Below are positions 16,122 to 24,683 of a DNA stretch of 24,823 nucleotides, piece by piece (position 1 is the first letter of the stretch; the number at the start of each line of letters is the position of its first letter). The notes beneath the pieces were generated by a model, which searched no databases, was not told the origin of the DNA, and saw only the letters and a list, made by a program, of their open reading frames with translations. The translations under genes were made by a program, and so were the position numbers. The stretch is from contig JAYTHP010000210.1 of assembly GCA_043732485.1 (NCBI GenBank), positions 1 through 24,823 on the forward strand. Reading direction: 5' to 3'. This DNA comes from Oligoflexia bacterium. Its GTDB lineage: Bacteria; Bdellovibrionota; UBA1018.

Positions 16122-16625
16122 TTAGTCAAGATTATCAGAAGTGATCTTCTTCGCACTGTCCGCCGTTTGGTCAGGACCCATCGAGGTGATCAGGTAGCGG
16201 GTCGGCTGAGTTGACTCGTAGAGGTAATCATTTTGCCAAGGATCTTGCGGGATTTTGCGGATAAACCCTTCCGGATCATAGTTTTTACAGACCCGGCCGC
16301 CAGTGGGGGGTTTGACGAGCGCTTCTAACCCTTGATCGGTGCTGGGGTAAAAACCACAGACCCGACGAAAGTCATCGAGCACTACGCCGAGCTGCTTGAT
16401 CTGCACGCGGGCGGCTTGAACTTTCGATTCTTCAAACTTTTTCATGATATTGGAGCCCACAATCCCGCCAATCAGCGCGATAATGGCAATCACGATCATC
16501 ATTTCCATCAAGGTGAAGCCTGCGGCGGACCTTGAGGAAGTCTGGGAGGAAGTCTGGCGGCGTTTTGCGTGGCGGCCAGTCTTGAGTGCAAGGCTTAGAG
16601 AGGGAGTAGTAGTAGTGTTCATCAT
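16122..16625 (-). CDS. gspG: Type II secretion system major pseudopilin G
   Basis: 'AG|FTLMEMMIVIAII', 'YPSTDQGLEALV', 'DPWQNDY', 'SMGPD'. Confidence 0.95.
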   Translation of the reverse strand: MMNTTTTPSLSLALKTGRHAKRRQTSSQTSSRSAAGFTLMEMMIVIAIIALIGGIVGSNIMKKFEESKVQAARVQIKQLGVVLDDFRRVCGFYPSTDQGLEALVKPPTGGRVCKNYDPEGFIRKIPQDPWQNDYLYESTQPTRYLITSMGPDQTADSAKKITSDNLD

Positions 16626-16722
16626 AGGTGTTTGCGTGTGTTTCTTTCTCGTTTTCGGTGTAATTTTTTTCTCTCAGTGAGCGTAGCAGCGGGTGCGCGT
16701 GAGGCGTTTGAGGCGTAGGGGC

Positions 16723-17946
16723 TCATTTTTGATTGATATTCATCATCTCCATCAGCGGCATGAACACCGCCAAGACGATAAAGCCGATGGCGCCTCCCAT
16801 ACCGACAATCATCAAGGGCTCCAGCAGACTGGTCATGGCGGTAATTTTTTGATTAATTTGCTCCTCGTAGGTGTTAGCGACACTTTGCAGCATTTCCGGT
16901 AACTCTCCTGTTTTCTCGCCAATGGCAATCATGTGAATCATCATCGGTGGAAATTCTCCGCTGCGCTTGAGCGGCTCGGCAATTGATTGCCCCTCGGTGA
17001 TGTTTTCATGGGCATTCTGGATGGCGTTGGCAATGGGAATGTTATTGACTAAGTTTTTTGCAATCCTCATGCTCACTAAAATCGGCACCCCGCTGCCCAG
17101 CAGGGTGGACATGGTGGTGGCAAAACGGGTCACAGCCACCATGCGAATCAGATCTCCCAGCAGCGGGAGTCGCAGCTGTAAGGCATCCCACTGGGCATGC
17201 CCGCGCGGGGTTTGAATCCGCCTGCGGATCGCAATAAACACTATAACACCAAATCCTAAAAATAGGTACCATCCTCCCACCACCACTTCGCTAATGTTCA
17301 GTAGGAGTTGCGTCATCCACGGGACGGGCTTGTTCATGGATTCAAAGATCTTGGCAAGTTTTGGGATCACAAAGGTAAAAATCGCCAGCATCAGCGATCC
17401 TGCCACCACCATCATCAGCACCGGGTAGGTCATGGCGCTGGTGATCTTGCCGCGCAGTCGCATTTGCGCTTCCTTGAGATCAGCCAGTCGGATGAGCACT
17501 AAGCTTAAATTGCCTGAGGTCTCGCCGGCATCAATCATATTGACGAAAATGGTGTCAAAGACCTTGGGGTGGGCTGCCACCGCTTTGCCTAAGCTAACCC
17601 CTTCGTTCACCTCTTGTCGGACTTGCGCTAAGACCACCTTGAGGCGGTCGCCTTCGGTTTGATCGACTAGCGCATTGAGGGCTTCGACCAGCGGGATGTT
17701 GGCTTTCACGAGACTGGCGAGCTGCCTGGTCATGAGCGCCACTTCTTGTCCGCTCACCCGGTTACCAAAAAAAGGCACGCCGCTTGAGGAGCGCTTTTGG
17801 GTAGCGCTTTTTTCGTTCATGGCGGTGACCATCCAGCCCTGTTTTTTCAGTTTCTGGCGAGCGGCTTTTTGAGTTTCTGCTTCAATGATGCCCTTTTGGG
17901 TGACGCCTTCGCTGTCAAAGGCTTTATAATCAAAAATCGGTGCCAT
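16723..17946 (-). CDS. gspF: Type II secretion system inner membrane platform protein F
   Basis: 'TRQLASLVKANIPL', 'AGETSGNL', 'AMTYP', 'IGEKTGEL', 'LLEP'. Confidence 0.96.
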   Translation of the reverse strand: MAPIFDYKAFDSEGVTQKGIIEAETQKAARQKLKKQGWMVTAMNEKSATQKRSSSGVPFFGNRVSGQEVALMTRQLASLVKANIPLVEALNALVDQTEGDRLKVVLAQVRQEVNEGVSLGKAVAAHPKVFDTIFVNMIDAGETSGNLSLVLIRLADLKEAQMRLRGKITSAMTYPVLMMVVAGSLMLAIFTFVIPKLAKIFESMNKPVPWMTQLLLNISEVVVGGWYLFLGFGVIVFIAIRRRIQTPRGHAQWDALQLRLPLLGDLIRMVAVTRFATTMSTLLGSGVPILVSMRIAKNLVNNIPIANAIQNAHENITEGQSIAEPLKRSGEFPPMMIHMIAIGEKTGELPEMLQSVANTYEEQINQKITAMTSLLEPLMIVGMGGAIGFIVLAVFMPLMEMMNINQK

Positions 17947-17979
17947 AACGTTGCTTTGTCCTTTTTTCCTGCGGTGGCT

Positions 17980-19752
17980 TTAGACGTCCGAGTGCGTGGC
18001 GCGCATCAACTCATCGACCGTGGTTAAGCCTGCCAGCACTTTGCTCACGCCGTCTTCCCGCAAAGTCAGCATGCCTGCCTCTAAGGCGGCCTTTTTCAGG
18101 GTGCCGCCGTCGACATTCTTGACAATTAGCGAGCGAATCTGATCATTGACCACCAGCAGTTCATGCACGATAGTGCGCCCTGAGTAACCACTTTGCGCAC
18201 ACGCCTGGCAGCCCACCGCTTTATAGAGCGTGACCCCTGGCGGCAGTTTTTTCAAGGATAATTCGCCTAATTCAAATTCCGACGGCAGGGTGGGCTGCCG
18301 ACACTTCAAGCACAATTTGCGCATCAAGCGCTGAGCAATCACCCCTAACAAGGAGCTTGCAATCAAAAAAGGCTCAATCCCCATATCACTCAAGCGGGTG
18401 GCGGCGCCTGAGGAGTCATTGGTGTGTAAGGTCGAGAGCACGAGATGGCCTGTGAGGGAAGCGTTAATGGCAATCTCGGCGGTCTCCCGGTCGCGGATTT
18501 CCCCAATCATGATGATGTCAGGATTTTGACGCAAAAAGGCCCGTAAAGCCCGGGCAAAGGTCAGTTCAATTTTGGCGTTGACTTGCACCTGGTTGACCCC
18601 CGGGATCTGGTACTCAATCGGGTCTTCCACCGTCATAATGTTACGCGTCGGGCTATTGAGTTTCACTAAGCAAGCCGACAACGTGGTTGATTTCCCACTC
18701 CCCGTAGGCCCGGTGACCAGGATGATCCCGTATTTCTTGAAAATCAGCTTCTCCACATTCTTGGCGCTGCTCTCGGAGAAGCCTAATTGCTCCAGCTCTA
18801 AAACCGTACTCGTTTGCTCAAGAATACGCATTACTAAGCGCTCACCAAAATTAGTGGGCACGGTGGAGAGACGAATATCGACGTCCTTGCCCGCGATCTT
18901 GATTTTAATGCGGCCGTCTTGTGGCAGGCGTTTTTCGGCGATATCTAAGGTTCCCATGACCTTGACGCGTGAGGCGATGGCGGCGTGGGCGCGCTTCGGC
19001 TGGCGGATAATATCGTACAAGATGCCATCGATGCGAAAACGCACCACGAATTCTTTCTCAAACGGCTCGATGTGAATGTCCGACGCTTTCTCTTTCACCG
19101 CGCGAAAGAGTAAGGAGTTGACGAATTTAATCACTGGCGCGTCTTCTTCGGTGGCCTCTAAAATATCAATGGGTCCTTCCAGGTCATAGGACTCATCAAA
19201 CTCGCCACCAATGTTACCGACTAAATTCGACGTGCTGCGCTCGTAAACCCGGTTAATGGCTTCTTGAATTTTGGCGCTGGTGGTGGCCACTAATTGAATG
19301 TCAAACCCGGTCAAGACCTGTAAGTCTTCTGCCAGGTTCGGCGCCAGGGGATCGGAGACGGCCACCGTCAGGCAATCGAACAGCCCTTTTTTGGTTCTCT
19401 GGATCGGCAGCACTTCCTTGGCTTTGGCGTAATTGATCGGGATTTGGCTCACCAAGTTGGGGTCAATGTCGCCTGTGCTGAGATCCTCTAAAAAGGGGAT
19501 GCCGATTTGATAGCACAAGGCGCGCGTCATTTGCTGGTGGGTCACCACCTTGTTGCGAATCAAGATATCGCCCAGTAACCCGCCTTCGCTTTTTTGCGTA
19601 CTTAAGGCGTCAAGCAGCTGATCTTCCGTCAGATCAGTCGTTCTTAAGAGCAGCTCACCTAAGAGTAAGCGATCCTTACTCTCATCTGAGGGCCGCTCGG
19701 TTAAGATATCCTCAAGCCCTGCGGCAAGCGTTTTATTGGTTTCTCGGATCAT
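17980..19752 (-). CDS. gspE: Type II secretion system ATPase E with N-terminal MshEN-like domain
   Basis: Likely start ATG 19752. 'ASDIHIEP', 'RLPQDGR', Walker A 'GPTGSGKS', Asp box 'TVEDPIE', Walker B 'IMIGEIRD', His box 'GHLVLSTLH', two CxxC. Confidence 0.97.
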   Translation of the reverse strand: MIRETNKTLAAGLEDILTERPSDESKDRLLLGELLLRTTDLTEDQLLDALSTQKSEGGLLGDILIRNKVVTHQQMTRALCYQIGIPFLEDLSTGDIDPNLVSQIPINYAKAKEVLPIQRTKKGLFDCLTVAVSDPLAPNLAEDLQVLTGFDIQLVATTSAKIQEAINRVYERSTSNLVGNIGGEFDESYDLEGPIDILEATEEDAPVIKFVNSLLFRAVKEKASDIHIEPFEKEFVVRFRIDGILYDIIRQPKRAHAAIASRVKVMGTLDIAEKRLPQDGRIKIKIAGKDVDIRLSTVPTNFGERLVMRILEQTSTVLELEQLGFSESSAKNVEKLIFKKYGIILVTGPTGSGKSTTLSACLVKLNSPTRNIMTVEDPIEYQIPGVNQVQVNAKIELTFARALRAFLRQNPDIIMIGEIRDRETAEIAINASLTGHLVLSTLHTNDSSGAATRLSDMGIEPFLIASSLLGVIAQRLMRKLCLKCRQPTLPSEFELGELSLKKLPPGVTLYKAVGCQACAQSGYSGRTIVHELLVVNDQIRSLIVKNVDGGTLKKAALEAGMLTLREDGVSKVLAGLTTVDELMRATHSDV

Positions 19753-19780
19753 GGTGCTCACGGTGGTGGTTTTTCCTTCT

Positions 19781-22486
19781 CTAGGGTTGGGCCTGAGGTA
19801 AGCCGTTGACGGCTCCAGCATCATCGCCGCCACCGGCAGGAGCGTCTCCTGGGGCATCTTGCAAGTTGGTGCGCTCTGTTTCTTCTTCCAGCGCCAGGTT
19901 CGCAGCGGAAGCAGGACGCTCTTTTTTCAAGGTCTCAAGATCCGGCAGCGAGCGAATCATGGCATCTCGCTGTTCCCTGACAGAATCCAGCCCACCGGTG
20001 GTGGCTTCTAAGAAGGTATCACGCTCCTTGAGTTTGCGATCTAAAATCGCCCGCATCTGCTCATAGGGCCTGACGATGTGCGGGGTCATGAAGATCAAGA
20101 GATTATTTTTGGCCGTGCTCGAGATCTTCGAGCGAAACAACCAGCCCAGCAGGGGGATATCGCCTAAAAGCGGCACTTTGGAGACCTTATCGGAGGTCTC
20201 CTCGCGCGTCAGCCCGCCTAGCACGATGGTGTCACGGTCACCGACAATCGCCGTGGTTTTTGCCGTACGATCCTGGGTCGCTAGCGCAAAATCCGCTACC
20301 CCCTTGGGCAGCACGCGGTTGGAGACGGTGCCGAGTTTGGCTTCAATGTCGAGCTTGACGAAATTAGTGATTTTATTAATCTGAGGCTTAATCTTCAAGG
20401 AAATCGCCACCGGGACTGAGTCGTAGCCGGTGCTGACACCGCCACCGACGATCTGGTTATTGCGAGGAACCGGGATTTTTTCCGCCGACTCAAACATCGC
20501 CTCCGAGTTGTCCAGCGCAATGATTTGCGGTGTGGCAAGCACGTTGCCATTGGCAAACTGCTGTAAAGCGGTGATGAGCGCCAGAAAGTTAGGGACCGCA
20601 ACTGACGTGCCGTTAATCAGCATGGAGCCGGTGCCGCCGATCGGGATCGGCGCCAGCAGTCCGTTACCAATCAATTCCAGCGGTTTGGCAAGTAGCGTAC
20701 CAATATCGGTGTTCGTCGTGCTGCCCACGGGTAAGGTGCCGCTACCGTTGCCCACGCCGCCTAAGGCTGCTAGATTGGCGCCAAAGGAAAAGCCTGAAGT
20801 TACGGACACTTCCATGATCACCGCTTCAATGTAGACTTGATCGCGCTTGATATCAAGCTTACTCACGACACTTTTCACGGTGAGAAAATCAGAGGCCGAC
20901 GCGGTGACTACCAAGGCGTTGGTCGATTTATCTGCTGAGACCTTAATCGCGCCTTGAAACAAGTTGGTGACCATCGGGTTCACGCCGGTTCCGGTGGCTT
21001 GACCGCTTGAGCCGCCCCCTCCGCCTGCGCGATTGCCTGAGGTTTGCGAGAAATTGTTCAAGGTATTGGCCAAGGCTTCGGCATCAGCAAACTGCAGGTA
21101 AATCACATGCACCTTGCCGGCGCCGGCCACCAGCGGTTTATTGGCATCCAGCTGGGTGACGAGTGCACGCACTTGTTGGGCGCCTTTGGAATTGGCGTGA
21201 ATAATCAGGTTATTGGTGCGCTCATCGGCAATAATGGTGTTGATGATCCCGCCTTCCTTGGTGCGACGCGCGGCAAACCGTCCGCCCGCCCCTCCGAGCC
21301 GGTTGCCGCCGCCTGATTGCGAGTTGGGCAGGGGCGCCGTGCCTGGGATCAGCGAGTCAATCAGTTTCGAGAGGTCGGCTGCTGAAGCATAACGCACCGG
21401 GATCACCTCAATGCCAGCATCAAAGCCTTCGACATCCAGTAACTCGAGCATTTTCATCAGCTTAACGATGTTAGCTCCCGTGTCGGTGACGATTAAGGTG
21501 TTGGTTTGCTCGTAAGCAATCATGCGGGAGTAACTTTGCGGCACAAAGTTCCTGAGCGTGCGCGCCACGTCTTCACTGCTAATGAACTTCAAAGGAATCA
21601 CGCGGGTGATCAGTGCATCGGTATCAGGAGCAAAATCGCCTGAGTAGGTGTGCAATTGCTTGTCTCTGGCATCTTTTTGACGGGCAATGCGCAGGTATTT
21701 ACCCGAGGGGATCAGCGAGTAACCGTTGACGTCTAAGGCTGTGAGAAACACTTTCCAAGCCTCACTGACCGTGATGCGGGAATTAGAGACGATGGTGATC
21801 CGGCCCTTGATTTCCTTGCTGTCGTAAATAAAGTTGGTGCCCGTGAGTTTACCCAAGGTATTGGCAATAGCCAGGATGTCAGCGTCTGGGAAATTAAAAT
21901 CCACCACCGTTTCATTGCTGCCACTGCCGGTTTCCGGATTAATGTGAATCGCCGAAAGCGGCGAGTTGCGGGTCACGCCGTTAGCCGAAGCGCCACCGAT
22001 GGAAATGCCGCCTTGCGTGCGAATGGGATCAGGGGCTGAGCTGGAAGATCCGCCGCCTGCTGAGTGCTGCTGGAGTGATTTGCCGTCCATGCCGCCGTTA
22101 CCACCTCCTCCATTTTTACGAGCGGTCGCGCGTTGCTGCTGTTCTTGGAAGGCCTTGGCAAGCTCACTTAACCCTTCAAAATCATCATCCTCGTCATCAT
22201 CAAAAAGATCAGCCGACAGCGGCGGCACGTTGCTGCCTCCCACCGCCAAGTAGGGTCTTTCGCCTGCTGGAAAAGCGGAAGCGCCTCTGGGACCTACGCC
22301 CGCTTCCGCAGCCTTGATGTCCCAGGAGGCCGTTTGCAAAAACAAAAGGGTGGTTGCAAGCCCGCAGGGTCGGGTGAGGGGGCTGCGGCGGACCTTTGTT
22401 GCGGTCAGGCGTTGTGTCGGGTGTTGTGTCGGGTGTTGTGGAGGATGGGGCATGGAATGGAGTCTCCCGGGTTTAATGGATGTCAT
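19781..22486 (-). CDS. gspD: Type II secretion system secretin D
   Basis: N0 'FNFPDADI', three N-repeats ('TNTLIV', 'TNNLII', 'TNALVV'), 'QVYIEAVIMEV', 'KVPLLGDIPLLGWLF', 'LLIFMTPHIV'. Confidence 0.96.
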   Translation of the reverse strand: MTSIKPGRLHSMPHPPQHPTQHPTQRLTATKVRRSPLTRPCGLATTLLFLQTASWDIKAAEAGVGPRGASAFPAGERPYLAVGGSNVPPLSADLFDDDEDDDFEGLSELAKAFQEQQQRATARKNGGGGNGGMDGKSLQQHSAGGGSSSSAPDPIRTQGGISIGGASANGVTRNSPLSAIHINPETGSGSNETVVDFNFPDADILAIANTLGKLTGTNFIYDSKEIKGRITIVSNSRITVSEAWKVFLTALDVNGYSLIPSGKYLRIARQKDARDKQLHTYSGDFAPDTDALITRVIPLKFISSEDVARTLRNFVPQSYSRMIAYEQTNTLIVTDTGANIVKLMKMLELLDVEGFDAGIEVIPVRYASAADLSKLIDSLIPGTAPLPNSQSGGGNRLGGAGGRFAARRTKEGGIINTIIADERTNNLIIHANSKGAQQVRALVTQLDANKPLVAGAGKVHVIYLQFADAEALANTLNNFSQTSGNRAGGGGGSSGQATGTGVNPMVTNLFQGAIKVSADKSTNALVVTASASDFLTVKSVVSKLDIKRDQVYIEAVIMEVSVTSGFSFGANLAALGGVGNGSGTLPVGSTTNTDIGTLLAKPLELIGNGLLAPIPIGGTGSMLINGTSVAVPNFLALITALQQFANGNVLATPQIIALDNSEAMFESAEKIPVPRNNQIVGGGVSTGYDSVPVAISLKIKPQINKITNFVKLDIEAKLGTVSNRVLPKGVADFALATQDRTAKTTAIVGDRDTIVLGGLTREETSDKVSKVPLLGDIPLLGWLFRSKISSTAKNNLLIFMTPHIVRPYEQMRAILDRKLKERDTFLEATTGGLDSVREQRDAMIRSLPDLETLKKERPASAANLALEEETERTNLQDAPGDAPAGGGDDAGAVNGLPQAQP

Positions 22487-23660
22487 AGCTATAGCTTGCA
22501 GCCGTGCCGCCCTCAGGTTCGACTTGCAATTCGAGGTGGCTTGCGGTTTTAAATTCGTTGAGCATGTCGAACGCCTGTTTGGGGTCGTTAATCGATTTGC
22601 CGTTCAATCCAGTAATCACGTCCCCGTTTTTTAAGCCTAATTTTTCGTAAATACTCCCAGGAGCGATCTGCAGCAGTTTATAGCCTGCAGCCACCCCGTT
22701 TTTAAAATTGGGGACCGCACGCGCTTCTGATAAGATTTTAGTCATATCTTTCATGGCGTTATCCACTTCCGTGCGCCCCACAGAAAATTGGGTGGCTGAG
22801 GTCTTCTCAATGCCGCCCTCAGCAGTAGTGGGCTGGTTTTTAGCGTAAATTTTCCCAGGGGGCACCACCGTGGGATTGAGTTCAAAAAATTCCTTGTGAT
22901 GATTGACGAGATTAATCACAATCAGGCGATTGGGTTCAATTGCTAAGACTTTCAATTTCTTAAGAATTTCATCATCAACGCTTAACGGATAGTTGAGCGC
23001 GGCACTCTTGTCTTCTAAGGTGGCAATGGACTTTTTCGGGTCTTCCATCAAGACGATACCGACCAAAGTGAAGCTCAGTTCCGATTTCGTCGCTTCCGCT
23101 GCAAGCTCATCGATCGGTTCGGCCGCATCAGGCGCCGGACGGGTGTCCTCGTGCTCGTCGCCGGCCCCCACGCTGTTGAACAAATTGCGCGAGAGGATCG
23201 CAAGCAGGCTTTGCTCATTAAAGCTGCTGCTGCCATTGGGGTCGTCTTCCCGGAAAAGCCTGCCCCGATCAGGTGGCAGGGTGTTCATTTGGGCGAGTAA
23301 CGCTTCGCAAAAAACCGCTGCCATTTGCGCAAAAAAATAGGCGCCAAGCGTCAGGGCAACAAGGCGCTGATAGAACTGAAAGGAGGCGGAGCTCAAGGTC
23401 ACGGCCAAGCCCTGTAAGAAAGCCTCCAAGTCAAAATGCTCAATAAAGTCTTGCAGTTTTAAGCTCAGGGTTTTCACGCGCGCAGCCCAGTCAGCTTTTG
23501 CGCGCGAGGAGACCCATGTGCGCCAGGATTGTCGCAAGCGCTGGCCAGGAGTGAGGGGGCCGGTGGGTGTGTCGCCGTCGCCTTCGGTTGACGAAGCTGA
23601 CGACGTGGTTTTTGTCGTCAAATCCACTGTCTGGCCTGAGTGGGGATCGGAATGCTCCAT
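22473..23660 (-). CDS. gspC: Type II secretion system protein C with PDZ domain
   Basis: TM segment, 'RNLFN', HR domain 'LVGIVL...SIATLE', PDZ 'GYKLLQIAPGSIYEKLGLKNGDVITGLNG'; first gene of the operon. Confidence 0.92.
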   Translation of the reverse strand: MEHSDPHSGQTVDLTTKTTSSASSTEGDGDTPTGPLTPGQRLRQSWRTWVSSRAKADWAARVKTLSLKLQDFIEHFDLEAFLQGLAVTLSSASFQFYQRLVALTLGAYFFAQMAAVFCEALLAQMNTLPPDRGRLFREDDPNGSSSFNEQSLLAILSRNLFNSVGAGDEHEDTRPAPDAAEPIDELAAEATKSELSFTLVGIVLMEDPKKSIATLEDKSAALNYPLSVDDEILKKLKVLAIEPNRLIVINLVNHHKEFFELNPTVVPPGKIYAKNQPTTAEGGIEKTSATQFSVGRTEVDNAMKDMTKILSEARAVPNFKNGVAAGYKLLQIAPGSIYEKLGLKNGDVITGLNGKSINDPKQAFDMLNEFKTASHLELQVEPEGGTAASYSYDIH

Positions 23661-23675
23661 AGACTTTCAAGGTAA

Positions 23676-23692
23676 TGCAATAAGGATACCAA
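23676..23692 (-). promoter_or_regulatory. sigma54 (RpoN) -24/-12 promoter of the gsp operon
   Basis: Minus strand reads TTGGTATCCTTATTGCA: exact GG-N10-GC spacing with TGG and TTGCA, 15 nt upstream of the gspC ATG. Confidence 0.72.
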
Positions 23693-23898
23693 TTCAAGCA
23701 ATCGTTCGCGGTCCTTCCTGAGGAGGCAGGCAGGAGACGGCAGTTAGGGATTTTGCGTGGGATGGGATCGCTGCGTGTTCATGGGGGGCGGAAGGGGCTT
23801 AGCGCATTTTGAAGGCGATTTTTATGGGGTTTTTCAGCCGACGAGAACCCGCCTCTCCCGATTCCTAGGACCCTTTTTCGAAGCGGCATACCCTTGTT

Positions 23899-23911
23899 AA
23901 TCAAAAAATAG
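23899..23911. promoter_or_regulatory. IHF-like binding site
   Basis: AATCAA-AAAA-TAG versus consensus WATCAA-N4-TTR (one mismatch), lying between the dyads and the sigma54 element. Confidence 0.35.
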
Positions 23912-23986
23912 TGGGCGGGTTTCAGTCGTTACGGTGAGCATTAGAGTCTCTGCGGGTGGTCTTCAGGGGGCAAGGTGCGTGAGCGT

Positions 23987-24052
23987 GACATTTTGTCCAA
24001 AAGTCCCGACCCTTGCGTCGGCTTTGGCGGGGGAGGGATGCGACATTTTGTC
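23987..24052. promoter_or_regulatory. Two identical dyad sites GACA-TTT-TGTC, candidate activator (UAS) or operator sites
   Basis: GACATTTTGTC at 23987-23997 and 24042-24052, 55 bp apart, in non-coding DNA. Confidence 0.55.
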
Positions 24053-24287
24053 AGCGGCCGTTGTCGTCGTCAAGAGGGTGATCGTCAAAAAACCCACACG
24101 CTGTGCGGGAGCAAACGAGAAAATGCCCCGGCAGGCGACCAATCGTGGTCCTAACGGCCCGCGGCGACGGCGGAAGAAGTAGTGGAGGAAGAAGAAGCAG
24201 TAGAAGACAAAGAGAAGGTGGGTGGGGGGGTGAGATCCAGGAGAGCTGCTACGATTTTCTCCAGTTTTTGGGGTTTCTAGGCGTTAC

Positions 24288-24293
24288 TATAAT
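24288..24293 (+). promoter_or_regulatory. Possible sigma70 -10 box, divergent from the gsp operon
   Basis: Perfect TATAAT inside a sharply AT-rich patch (24285-24318); no convincing -35. Confidence 0.3.
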
Positions 24294-24683
24294 ATTAAAT
24301 AAATGATTTTAAAATCATCGCGGGCGGTAGGCAAGCTTGGCTTGGTGGTGGGGGTCTCGTTTGTCTGGTGTTAGGGCTGGTGTTGGGGCTGCCGCTTGGA
24401 GCCCGCAACGCGCGGGTGAATCCCGATTTACCGAGGCAAAAATTCCAGGCGCGGGTGGGGGAGCGGTCGGTGGTGGAGAGTCCGGTGACCCCGGAGATGG
24501 CCTCGCAGTCCACGCGGTTGCCTTAGCGCAAATTGCGGTGGATCCTGCAACTTTTTTGTGCCTCACGGGCTGTTTTCCACAATCGTTTGGTCCTTTAAGA
24601 CTTCTGGATCAAGCAATTGAGTATCGCCGCAAGCACGGGGTGGGATTGCTCTCCCAGTTGCGGCCCTCACCTATCCCCGGTTC

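Noticed and set aside
11131..22486. Type IVa pilus or competence system instead of T2SS
   Set aside because: Despite the PilM-like GspL, the GspC-PDZ, GspD-type N domains, canonical GspG motifs, GspK and GspN, with no PilT in the window, indicate a T2SS.
9311..23340. Many short plus-strand ORFs opposite the gsp genes
   Set aside because: Antisense shadows of well-supported genes, with no recognisable motifs.
23884..23898. Second sigma54 promoter on the plus strand (CGGCATACCCTTGT)
   Set aside because: Spacing is one base short and the -12 GC is absent.
23740..24030. c-di-GMP-I riboswitch-like (ACGCAAAA, GACGCAAGG on the minus strand) or RNase P-like (AAAGTCC) fragments
   Set aside because: Flanking conserved elements and stems are missing, and the region lies upstream of the predicted gsp start site.
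24170..24232. Purine-rich GAA/GGA tract as a coding or repeat element
   Set aside because: Low-complexity with no regular unit; overlapping ORFs are short and compositionally implausible.
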